Shown: positions 21,527 through 32,320 of the stretch, one piece after another | Layout of the letters: each line of letters begins with the position of its first letter | Position numbering within the stretch: the first letter of the stretch is position 1 | Source of the DNA: Veleropilina oligotropha | Taxonomy: Eukaryota | Direction of reading: 5' to 3' | NCBI GenBank assembly: GCA_048128005.1 | Contig: JBEUKZ010000060.1 | Location: 372,001-436,000, forward strand | Length of the DNA: 64,000 bases | The notes under the pieces: model-generated | Database searches by the model: none | The model's input: the letters and a program-made list of their open reading frames with translations, nothing else | Told to the model about the DNA's origin: nothing | Position numbers and translations under genes: made by a program

Positions 21527-24500
21527 TTAATAACCATAGGGTAAGGTGTTCAAATCGTTTAAGATAGCCCTTTTAGTGTAGACCATGCGATATTTTTTAT
21601 TTTCGTCACGGTTATAAAGTTTACGTTTCAACTTGTTTCGGCAAATTTTACTGGAATTTGTGATTATGTAACCGTGAGAATTGGTGACAATTTCTTTGAT
21701 AGACTCAAAATTGACCAGTTTTGAATTTGTGTAATTCAATGAGAAACCACGAACTTTACAGGTTTCCTTGTCAGTATTCGTTCGATAAGCATAATTCTTA
21801 GGCCCACCGGATATAAACTCTACGATGTAGTCCTCGTCTTCGAGTTCGTTTGTCAATTCACCTAAATAATCTCCCAAGGGCATGTCTATTTGTCCAGGTC
21901 CGGTCACGTAAATCACTGAATCGGTGTCATAATACAGGACCTGTCTGTTCAATCGATCTAATACGTCATACAGTTTTAATCTCGCCCAACAGGTCGTAAA
22001 TGTTGCGATGTAAATATTTGCCCTGTCATTGTCGGGGATGTCAGTTTCTGATCGAATGTACTCCAATTGAATCATATCCTCAGCGACAATGTGAAAATCC
22101 TGAACTACTTTGCTGGGATCAGACAAAATTTGAAAGAATTTCTCAATCTCGCTCTCGTGTATAATGTCGGTCTGTTTGTAATTAAGACGCTGACCAAACT
22201 TTCCCCAAAAGCTATTCAGGCAAAGCTTTGAAATTGATCTCAAACCAGGATTTTTTTTAATGTTGGATTCGTCCAGGTCAATGTGTTCATTCTTCGCATA
22301 ATTGTCAATGTAACGTTTGACGTCCTCAGAGGATTTAACCCATTTAGGAAATCCACTGGCTTCTTGTTTCAATTTCAAAAAGGTATTGATGTAACCGGCG
22401 AATAGGCCACCATTTCCTGTCGAGGGATCGTAGACGGTTGTCTCATTCCAGTGATAGATTTCATAAATTTTCTTGATTTGATAACCCATACTGGCGGCCT
22501 TCATCAGTTCTGGGGTACACCATGTTCCTACGATGGAACGCTCGTCATCACTACACAAACAAGGCGACTGTTGTTCTTTGTCGGCACATGTCCTGCATAA
22601 GGGAAATTTTAATTTTCCATTGGACTTATAAGGCAAAACCGGATGGTATAGACCCTTGGGTGGCAAAATTAAAACTTTAGCGATCCCAAAATACTGGTCA
22701 AGGTTTTTAAAGTCACGATTGATAATTTCGGGGTGACCCACCGGGTACCGGGCATATTTATTGACATAGGGGTACAAAGAAGTGAAATCGACGTACTTAA
22801 TTTTCTCGTTGTCGGTCACTTTGTAATGCAGTCTACACGCATTGGTACGTCCCCCAAAGAAACTGTCACGTGGTTGAAGTCGGTCTACCAAGTCCAGAGA
22901 TTCAACGAACTCTTGTAATTTGACATTTGATTTCAGTTCATTTCGAAATTGATGTTCCCAGACAGAAACGTATTTCATTCCAAGTTTTTTTAGGATGGTC
23001 TCCTTCTTCAAGGTCGCAGCATATCGTTCGTTACGACTACGGTCAGTGCGTGCATGTTTTACGTCACGATCGTTTGGATAACACTGGGGGCAGCTGTGAA
23101 AAAAACATCCTTGAAATTCATACACAGTGTTATTCGCAAATCCGTCTACCTTGTAGCGTGTTCCAGGGATTTTGTGTTCACCACCATTCAGTGCGTGTTT
23201 TATGGAAATTTTTTTCAAATGTGCGACCCATTCAATCCACAGAATAGAAACTCTGCTAAACTGGTCCTTGACAATGTCATTGGTTATCAGAGGGAATGGT
23301 GTTTTCACAAATTCGCTCTCAGTACCCTCAGGAAAATCTGACGTCCATTTACCATCAATAAAGGCACTCAAATGACCATCTACTTTCTTGGCGGGCACCC
23401 AGTCGTCAGTTAATTTCACGCGCCATTCTTCTTCTAAGAATTTTGACATGAAAATGCCCATGCAAGCTGAAGCAATGGTCGTGTAATCAAAAGGGTCTCG
23501 ACCCGTTGCAGCACCCAACAAGTCACGGAATTTCAAACATGTCTGTCTCAGAATGTCAACGTCGCTTCTACAATATTCCAGCATTTCCTTGGCAAAGTCA
23601 AATTTGTCATTCTTATGGTCGTCGTACCAAGTCATAAAGTCAGTCCGCTCAGTCGAAGACATAGAGTTACAACCGTAGAATTTTGGTTCTGGAAGGGGAC
23701 CCACGTATCGTTGATTCTCTCGTGTATTTTGAAAATGTGGGAAATAACCCTTCTTCAGCTCATTGAAACCAAACGCCTTGGGCAGGGCAGATAATTTCAT
23801 GGGGAGAAAATTGAGACTGTCAATCAATCGTATATTTAAGCCCCTACCGACAGACATGTACATAATTTTCGAACCGTTGTAAATGATCTTATCAGGACGC
23901 ATACTCTGATTTATTAAATACTCTAACAGAAAATATCCGTCATATCCGCGAAAATTATGCGCTATAACTGTTGTGTTTTTATGTGAATGATTGAACAGCC
24001 ATTTGCCAAATTTACAGGCAGTGTCATCGCCCTTGAATATGATTTCTCTTTTACCACACCTATTGGGACAAGGTGGACCTTTAAACTTCTTATCACCACA
24101 AACGCCACACCGTGAACCACAGGTATCACATGTCGATTCTGGATTTAACTCATCATCGTTCTGGCAATTGTCACATGCAGTCTGAGCCACTACAAAATTT
24201 GGAATATGTGTTGTTTTTCCACAAAGTGAATCTGTACAATTTGAGCAACCATTATCATTTGGGGCATGACCAGAGGGACACTCAAACATCTCATCTTGTT
24301 GACATTCAAAGTCAAAAAAAATGAATTTTCTGATTTTGTCATCTTTCGATTGCTTTTTCGATCTAACATAACATTGATGGTCATCAGCTACGTATGTATC
24401 ACAATTTCTACACAATTGATCACCACAAACATGTTCATCAAGTTTACGCTTCGCAAGATTAATGACAGCAAAACACAACTTACACTTATGCCATGCAAGG

Positions 24501-26098
24501 CACTGAGAACACGCAATGAGTTCACCCTTTCTCTTGCCTTTCGTATACCTTTTCTCCTGTCGGTGTCGATCAAAACAGGCTTCCGAGCGGCAAGTCATGT
24601 GGCACTTGATGCACGACCTTTCAAAATCGGTTTCGGTACATAACCCACTCTTGCATACCATACAATTCCCAGTGCATGAGTGCTTAGCACGACTCGAAAA
24701 GGCTTTCATACATGTCTCGCAAAAATATGAGCTGTTTAAGAACCCTGTGATTTTCGTGATTGAGTGAAAATGTCCTATTTCATTACATGACTCATCGTGA
24801 ACAAGATAAATATATATGTTCTTTCTGTTCTTATTATCCGAAACTTTCAAAAATTTATTTGAAATACGCGAACCTAAGACATTAATATTGCAGTTTAAGA
24901 CGTCTGCAAAAGCATCTACATGGTGTAATCCCAATGGCTGATCTGTGGGTACGTCTGCCATTGCGCAAAGTTTTAATGCAAACTGTTTCTGTGTTAGTCG
25001 TTCTGGCTTCCTCACAATCTGATAGTACCGATTCGGTACTTTTCCCACTTGAAGTATTTGATCAAGCAGATCTAAGTGGGACAGATGTTTTACCAGTTCA
25101 TCAAATTCCCCGTCTGAAATCTTATTTGTTGAGGACCAGCTGACTGCTATGGAGCGTGGTAAACATAAAGTGTCATTATTTACGATTTCTATAATGGACT
25201 TTTTAAGTCGTATTCCCTCGTCAACATCGGTGATGTAGCTTCTTCCAGATCCTACAGGTCGGAAAATTATACCAATGCTGATTTGAAACCCCTCCTGAAT
25301 TGAGAGGTCCTCATAGCTCTGAAGGATCTTTTCCAAATATTCAATCACAGACTTATTTGTTAAATCTTCCACGGGTTGTAATGGAATTACAACATCATCA
25401 TTTAATGAAGGGTGAGTAATAATCACACGACCTACGTCGTGTGGGGAAGTACCTTGCTTTGCACTGTCTAGCAATTCTTCAAACATGATATGGAGATCTG
25501 AGTTAATATCCAGTAATCGTTTTTCTTGCCAAAACGCAGGATCTAAATTCACTTTGTACGTGATTTCATGGGCGCCATTTGTTTTGAAAGTGCGAAAACC
25601 TATTTGCTGTATATCGTACGGCTTATCAGTACCCGCCCCATACTGCATATCCGAATCGTCATCACACATCAAATCGAATACTCGATCGTTGACGCTTAGT
25701 TTCGTGGATGTGTCCATGCATCGACCATATTCGAGTAAATGATCGACATCAGTGAAACTTTCTAATATTTCCTGACTGCTTGGAAACTCTTCTTCATCCG
25801 CATTTAAATCACGATCATCATTTAACTTTCGTCTTTTCGCAGAGGGGGTTTCATTTATTTCCTGTTCAATTTCATGGGTGCCCGGAAAATCAGTTACAAA
25901 ATCTAGTAATGATTCGGTTATGGATACTGAATTACTAAAAGATGTGTTATCATTAAAAATTTCATCGCGGATTGAATCCCAGTTAAGTTCATGAAGTCTC
26001 GCTACGATTCTCGGATCTTGCTCTAAACCCCATAATGTTGCGAATTCTCGTAATTCACTGACGTCTGTTACCGATGCAAGCCGTTCAACCAAATCCAT
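21527..26098 (-). CDS. Protein-primed family B DNA polymerase polyprotein (terminal protein, vOTU-like, Zn-rich, exonuclease, VSR-like insert, polymerase)
   Basis: Exo I FIFFDFEC, Exo II AHNFRGYD, Exo III YCRSDVDIL; polymerase motifs YVDFTSLYP, KLCLNSFWGKFGQ and YYDTDS; uninterrupted 1523 aa. Confidence 0.96.
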   Translation of the reverse strand: MDLVERLASVTDVSELREFATLWGLEQDPRIVARLHELNWDSIRDEIFNDNTSFSNSVSITESLLDFVTDFPGTHEIEQEINETPSAKRRKLNDDRDLNADEEEFPSSQEILESFTDVDHLLEYGRCMDTSTKLSVNDRVFDLMCDDDSDMQYGAGTDKPYDIQQIGFRTFKTNGAHEITYKVNLDPAFWQEKRLLDINSDLHIMFEELLDSAKQGTSPHDVGRVIITHPSLNDDVVIPLQPVEDLTNKSVIEYLEKILQSYEDLSIQEGFQISIGIIFRPVGSGRSYITDVDEGIRLKKSIIEIVNNDTLCLPRSIAVSWSSTNKISDGEFDELVKHLSHLDLLDQILQVGKVPNRYYQIVRKPERLTQKQFALKLCAMADVPTDQPLGLHHVDAFADVLNCNINVLGSRISNKFLKVSDNKNRKNIYIYLVHDESCNEIGHFHSITKITGFLNSSYFCETCMKAFSSRAKHSCTGNCMVCKSGLCTETDFERSCIKCHMTCRSEACFDRHRQEKRYTKGKRKGELIACSQCLAWHKCKLCFAVINLAKRKLDEHVCGDQLCRNCDTYVADDHQCYVRSKKQSKDDKIRKFIFFDFECQQDEMFECPSGHAPNDNGCSNCTDSLCGKTTHIPNFVVAQTACDNCQNDDELNPESTCDTCGSRCGVCGDKKFKGPPCPNRCGKREIIFKGDDTACKFGKWLFNHSHKNTTVIAHNFRGYDGYFLLEYLINQSMRPDKIIYNGSKIMYMSVGRGLNIRLIDSLNFLPMKLSALPKAFGFNELKKGYFPHFQNTRENQRYVGPLPEPKFYGCNSMSSTERTDFMTWYDDHKNDKFDFAKEMLEYCRSDVDILRQTCLKFRDLLGAATGRDPFDYTTIASACMGIFMSKFLEEEWRVKLTDDWVPAKKVDGHLSAFIDGKWTSDFPEGTESEFVKTPFPLITNDIVKDQFSRVSILWIEWVAHLKKISIKHALNGGEHKIPGTRYKVDGFANNTVYEFQGCFFHSCPQCYPNDRDVKHARTDRSRNERYAATLKKETILKKLGMKYVSVWEHQFRNELKSNVKLQEFVESLDLVDRLQPRDSFFGGRTNACRLHYKVTDNEKIKYVDFTSLYPYVNKYARYPVGHPEIINRDFKNLDQYFGIAKVLILPPKGLYHPVLPYKSNGKLKFPLCRTCADKEQQSPCLCSDDERSIVGTWCTPELMKAASMGYQIKKIYEIYHWNETTVYDPSTGNGGLFAGYINTFLKLKQEASGFPKWVKSSEDVKRYIDNYAKNEHIDLDESNIKKNPGLRSISKLCLNSFWGKFGQRLNYKQTDIIHESEIEKFFQILSDPSKVVQDFHIVAEDMIQLEYIRSETDIPDNDRANIYIATFTTCWARLKLYDVLDRLNRQVLYYDTDSVIYVTGPGQIDMPLGDYLGELTNELEDEDYIVEFISGGPKNYAYRTNTDKETCKVRGFSLNYTNSKLVNFESIKEIVTNSHGYIITNSSKICRNKLKRKLYNRDENKKYRMVYTKRAILNDLNTLPYGY

Positions 26099-26297
26099 CT
26101 ATAAGAAAATAAAACATTACATGTCATAATTTGCATTTAATTTCGAACTATACATGTGCAGATTAACCGGTGAATTATCTACAACCGCAAGTACAGTGCA
26201 GAGACCACTCGGATATATAATTCAGGGCATGGAATTCGATATATTACGAACTGACCCTTAGATAATTTTTAACTGACCTTTTTGAGTGAAGCATAAT

Positions 26298-26789
26298 ATT
26301 ATAATTATAGCAATAATATAATCATAAATGCGCTTGTCATGAGGTGGTCATTTATCGTCAGAGCCTTCCAGTTACTTTCCCCCAAAACTAAAATAAATAT
26401 ACACGATAATGTTTATTATTCACCATATGAAAATACTGGAATTAAAGGAGCTATTTATTATTTACTGTTATTAAATAATATAGATTAATTTTGCTTTTCA
26501 TATACAATTGCCAAGATATAACATGACATGATGAATATTTATAATTATAATTATAGCAATAATATAATCATAAATGCGCTTGTCATGAGGTGGTCATTTA
26601 TCGTCAGAGCCTTCCAGTTACTTTCCCCCAAAACTAAAATAAATATACACGATAATGTTTATTATTCACCATATGAAAATACTGGAATTAAAGGAGCTAT
26701 TTATTATTTACTGTTATTAAATAATATAGATTAATTTTGCTTTTCATATACAATTGCCAAGATATAACATGACATGATGAATATTTATA
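26298..26789. repeat. 246-bp tandem duplication
   Basis: 26298-26543 is repeated essentially identically at 26544-26789. Confidence 0.9.
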
Positions 26790-27388
26790 TATAAAGTTAT
26801 ATGCTGGACAGCATAGCATATGTGTCGATGAAGAATTATTTATCATGGATTATACATATATATATATGTAATATCTAAAATAAATTTTTAAAACATTCTG
26901 TTCTTTATATTGTTCATGTGTCCATATGAAGTACATTACACAGAGAAAAAGACTATCTGTCCATCATGTGCTTCCGTAGTTGAAGCCTATTTATAATGAA
27001 AGGCCTGATTTGATAGTATGGCTGTCACACACAGTCCCATCTATGCCATTCATCATGACTGTAATATATGTGACTTACAACACGCCATGAGGTAAACGGA
27101 AGTGCTTTATTCACTAGTCATGCGCAATCAAAACATCTACATCAGACATACTTCATGGTCTAGGGGGCATAACTCTTGCCGGCCCTATATACTAGCAATA
27201 GTACAATAATGTATTACAATGACAGCCCTTTGTCCGACACGCAGACGGGACACTATTTCGGTCAATTAGGGCTAACAAGTGATTATCTCTCTGAAATTAT
27301 TTTTATAAAATATATTCATTCATATTTATTAAACAAATACATGCTTGTAGTCACATATGAAATAATATTGACAGACAAGATTTGCGAT

Positions 27389-27391
<3 letters not shown>

Positions 27392-27473
<82 letters not shown>
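27392..27473. repeat. (TA)n microsatellite
   Basis: Directly visible in the sequence. Confidence 0.95.
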
Positions 27474-27476
<3 letters not shown>

Positions 27477-28722
27477 CATGTGTGAGTACGGTTATAATGA
27501 AGATTATTACACTTATTTATGCAATATAATGTTCTTACATACATACGGATAGGTGTTAGATATAAAATAGTATATTATTATAATATTGGATTCATGTATG
27601 TGTGTCTATATAATATATATATTCATAATTATTATTATTATAATATTTATGACAGCTATCTGGAGGTTAGTGATGATATTCGCACATGTAACTGAATATT
27701 ATTTTTATTAAACTAAATATATGTATATCCTGTATGTGTATATAAGGGACATTTATATCATAATTTTAAAACGCTATTTACGTTTAGATGTCTGTAATTA
27801 TTATTTCCACTTAGCTGAGATACACAAGCTGTCTGATGTAGAATTAATTACATTAAATTAACCACATTGCCTATAGCAATGCCCTCTTGTAATTAACATG
27901 CCGGCAGTTGGCGCCTTGTTATGCAAGAGCACTCAGACTTAATGCGCTGCAGGCGTCCATATCAATGCAGACAGGTGTCGCATTGTTATACAGGAACACT
28001 CAGACTTAATGGGATGCAGGCATCCATATCATGACAGGTCTGACGACATGTGAAATGAAAGCACTGATAAGGAATGCATTTTAAATGTACAAAATATGGG
28101 TTTTCAGAAAGATGTCATTTTATTTGGATTTAAACATAATGGATTTACTTTACCGCATGATACGACTGAAATTTATAACAAATGTTCGTTATCTTAATGG
28201 TTAACATGGCATTTCTTAAGCGTTCTGGATTTAATGATTCTGATTCACTGCGCAATTACCAAAATACTGGAGCTTTTAAACAAAGAAAAAACATGGCGGC
28301 TGTTGATATTCACTGTCAAAACGCACATATATAACGAATACTGGGACGTAAGTATTATACGATAATATGTACATATTCCAACGATTGCGTATTATTGTGG
28401 CATTGGGTAAATATTAATATAACAATACAACTCACATTTGCAAGCTTAAACACAACCAATTTGGAGATACAAGCCTTTATTATAATTAGTAATAAGATAT
28501 TTATTTATACGCTTTATAGTCTTTTTTGTACTATCAGAAGAATTGTTTGTTTGTGTTGTTTCGTCAATATATATTGTTTAAACTAACTAATTTCCTACAA
28601 TAATACTGAATCTTCAGTTATTTAATTTTATTTTTAAGATAATTGAATAACACATTATGGCGATATTGCATGTTAATTAATCTGTGAATAAATATGTACC
28701 ATTAAAAACAATACATATATAG

Positions 28723-28723
<1 letters not shown>

Positions 28724-28803
<80 letters not shown>
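28724..28803. repeat. (TA)n microsatellite
   Basis: Directly visible in the sequence. Confidence 0.95.
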
Positions 28804-28810
<7 letters not shown>

Positions 28811-29867
28811 CATAAAAAAAAAATGGATTACACATTATATAAACTATCTATCACTGTATATAATTATTTTAATAATAAAAAAGGACAATATGGAGCGTCT
28901 TTATATCCGAATATAAGTGCATGCGTTATGCTGGCTAGGAGACGACATTACCATGGCTGTGATCAAATATACGCATACCATAAATTTAAACTGTTCACAT
29001 TTTATATGTATTTAGATAGATATATAATTAGTAGATTTCTACATGCTTTATTAAATATTATATTTCTTCCATGTGTTTTTGGTCATTATCACCGGTTTAT
29101 TCAATGAGTTACACTATAACTGACAATATTGTAAATATCTTACCTTCCATTCATCCAGTATTTACACGATCCGATTGCACTCCATTGTACTTAATATTCC
29201 AAAATATCGAGGTAATCCATGTAAAACGTTACTGCATATTGTTCGGTCCTTTGTGTCAGTTTCTCGATCAATCATAATAATTCTGGCTATTTTTCGGCCC
29301 ATTTAATGCACCATTCGGGCTATATCGAGACTATTCCGTATTACGGTGGGAGGAAATCCGGTGAAACCCACGCACCTCGGCCGGTTTCTGGAAAAGAAAC
29401 GTTAGTTTTATATATATATATATATATATGGCGTCGGTGGTTTTTACCTAGGGAAATATATACAAAACTATATAGATATATTTTTACTGATACAGTCAAA
29501 TACGATGATATACTACAGATATTAATTATTCTGATCATAGAGAACTTACTGGTCAAAATGGCGCTATATCGCCTGAGAATTCCGATATGCAATCTAGGTT
29601 AGTGTTGATATCGTAACTAATTCAGATTTGGGAAGTATCAGTTATCCGTCATGAATGATACCGAGTAATTTATATGTTTGCTGTTTAACAAAGAAATACA
29701 GTATATTATTTAATAGCTGTTCCTTGATGTACTGACACTCTTAATAACGGATGTTTTATGAATTCCGAATACATATATATATGACTGAAATATCTTACCT
29801 TATCCACAGTTAATGCATATTGTCCATTGTTATCAGTGAATTAATGATGCTCCTTTCGTCCAGTTTC

Positions 29868-30550
29868 TCGTCATAATGCTGGAAAGGAAACATTATACAA
29901 TTAAACTGATGCCGGGGAATATATTATACGTCAGACATATATACATATTTCTACCGATGAATATAAACCATAGTTTTCCTAGCAATTATATATATTTACC
30001 TCGATGCAAAATTGATGTATATACTTTATACATATTTCTACTGATGAATATAAAACCATAGTTTTCCTAGCAATTATATATATTTACCTCGATGCAAATT
30101 GTCCTATTTCCTTCAACGATGCAAAGATGTTGTTGTTTGGTTGGATTTTAACGAGGTCTTCCACGTTGTACTCGATTTCGATCTCACTGATGCAAAGATG
30201 GCCTCTCGTTATGTACAACCCGAGAACAAAGGAACTTCGCTATAAACCCCCGACAATATCATTGGATAAGAGAGAGCAGGTGTTCGCTAGACACGCCCCC
30301 TCTATGCTAATTGATAGTGCCCCAAGGTATAAAAATCGCCACTGCGCCACCGAAAGTGGACCATAATCCCGATAATATCATTGGACAGTACGGAACAAAG
30401 GAAGTTCGCTAGACACGCCCCCCTCGATGCTGATTGATAGTAAGGAACAAAGGAAACCGACAATACATTACCCACAATACAACACTGCGCATGCGTCAAC
30501 GAAAATGCCCTAAGGCACCGGAAGTGTCCTAAGGTACGGTAAATACTACT
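29868..30550 (-). repeat. Maverick right terminal inverted repeat (683 bp)
   Basis: Reverse complement of 14478-15160. Confidence 0.95.
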
Positions 30551-30574
30551 GAGAAGCACAAACTCAACTTGAAA

Positions 30575-31625
30575 TATATAGAGGATCTCATATGAGTGGT
30601 AATGTCATATCACATTTATGAAACTCGTTTAACTAATTTTCATATTTTCCGAGGCTTGCCGAGGAAAATATGAAAATTAGTTAAACGAGTTTCATAAATG
30701 TGATATTACACTATCACGAGTGTGAGGTTCTAATTATCACATATCGATCTTTGGTAGGAAACAAACTAATTGCCTTACCGGTACGAAAGAATCAGCAGTA
30801 GATTGAAGGCGACATTACGGTGTAGTGATATGTAAACAGTTTAATGCAAAAGGCCATCGTGTTGACTCATTACATAAATTAGTAACAATGCCCTCTAAAA
30901 ATAGTGCGAGAGTAGTTGATTAATTGCCATTAATAACTAACAAATATTCTTTGAAAATGAACAGATATAACTTTATATAAACTATATGAACATATTAGAA
31001 TAACAATTTTCATTAAGATTTAAAACTATCTGCCAAAGACAATAACGCGGGATATATACGACTGTGTCGCCGACCGGTTTGAATCTGTCTTTTGACGTCT
31101 GCTATCGCGACCTACGTACCTGCATAAATGTGATTGTTGCGTCTGCAATCTCGTTACCTCGAAATCGGTTCCAATAATCTCTACCATGCTGTTGTTTTGT
31201 GGCCGTTGCTATAAATGTTTCCACTATCGCCGTCATAATGTCAACATTAAAAATATTGGCGGCAATCACGTTATGATATTATAGTAAATATATAATACGT
31301 AGTAAAACAAGTAGTGCGCTCGACCTTTAGTGACACGCATTTCCATAGGCTGTTCGAATTTCATTCATTAATTAAATCACCCAATCGCATTTCAATATGG
31401 CTGTTGACACACGTGTATTACGACAAATAATACACGGTGTTGAACTATGGGAATATGACCTAGATATGTGATAAATACCCCAAGTAACAATTATGATAGT
31501 TTTGACATTATCATATCTAAAAAATAAAAAAATTAAGATTAGTAATAGACGATGTAAATGTCGATATTGAATAAAAGGCACCCGCGTTTAATTCAATATC
31601 GACATTTACAACATTTATTAATATA
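30575..31625. mobile_element. Non-autonomous element with long palindromes near both ends (Crypton-like, tentative)
   Basis: About 45-bp stem at 30607-30705 and about 22-bp stem at 31551-31612. Confidence 0.4.
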
Positions 31626-32084
31626 TCTGAAATTTTATTTCAAGATATGATCGTGCAAAGATCACATACAAAAATTGTCATATCAAATGGCGTCAAGTCC
31701 CATTTTACGGGACTGATCTACTGATTTGGTTCAACATCTTCAGCTGCATCAACCAGCCCATTCGCTGGTCGCACCAAATGTTGTCCCCTCTATTCTCTCC
31801 CAAAATTGTCTCCAAATACGAACTAATAGTACGTTCACACTCAACACGCATTTAGATCGTATTCCGGAGTGCGTTCATCGGAATACAGATTAAGCTTAAT
31901 ACGTATTGCCTTAATGCGCACTGAGACGGGTCATATACAATTCGTATTAGGGTGCTGCCATTTATCTATTAGGAATGACACTCGTCTTCGTAGGTCAAGG
32001 TCAATCATTCTAAAATGGCTGCGACCATGAACGGAGATGTTTTTCCCAACGATGGAGACGAAAACAAGAATAAAACTGGATTGA

Positions 32085-32320
32085 GAACCTGAGCCATGTA
32101 CTGTGCTGCCGTCAGATTTCCTTATATGACAATCAAGGGTGTTCTGGCGTTAGCTGTGAATTCTCCCCAAACCATGACACTGCCACCTGCATACCTGTCA
32201 ATCTCCCTGACACAAGTTGAGGCATACCGCTCCCTTCTCCTACGCCACACCCTAACACGGCCATCAGCAAATATGAGTGTGAAACGAGACTCGTCACTAA
32301 CGATGACTGTTCCACTGTCT
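32085..32320 (-). pseudogene. Tc1/mariner transposase fragment
   Basis: VIVSDESRFTL..DGRVRVWRR..GGSVMVWG..GNLTAAQY. Confidence 0.8.

Larger units (their letters stand above)
14478..30550. mobile_element. Complete Maverick/Polinton (adintovirus-like endogenous virus), 16,073 bp
   Basis: TIRs begin AGTAGT and end ACTACT; 6-bp TSD GAGAAG at 14472-14477 and 30551-30556; integrase, pPolB, ATPase, protease, MCP and penton genes are all present. Confidence 0.98.

Noticed and set aside
22733..25742. Plus-strand ORFs antisense to PolB
   Set aside because: These are shadow ORFs with no recognisable motifs.
26800..27000. Possible RING/Zn-finger remnant (..TICPSCASVV) in the Maverick arm
   Set aside because: Only one CxxC is present, stops surround it, and there is no supportable ORF.
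27176..27544. ORFs with IYIYIY runs (also at 4217 and 52663)
   Set aside because: These are translations of (TA)n microsatellites.
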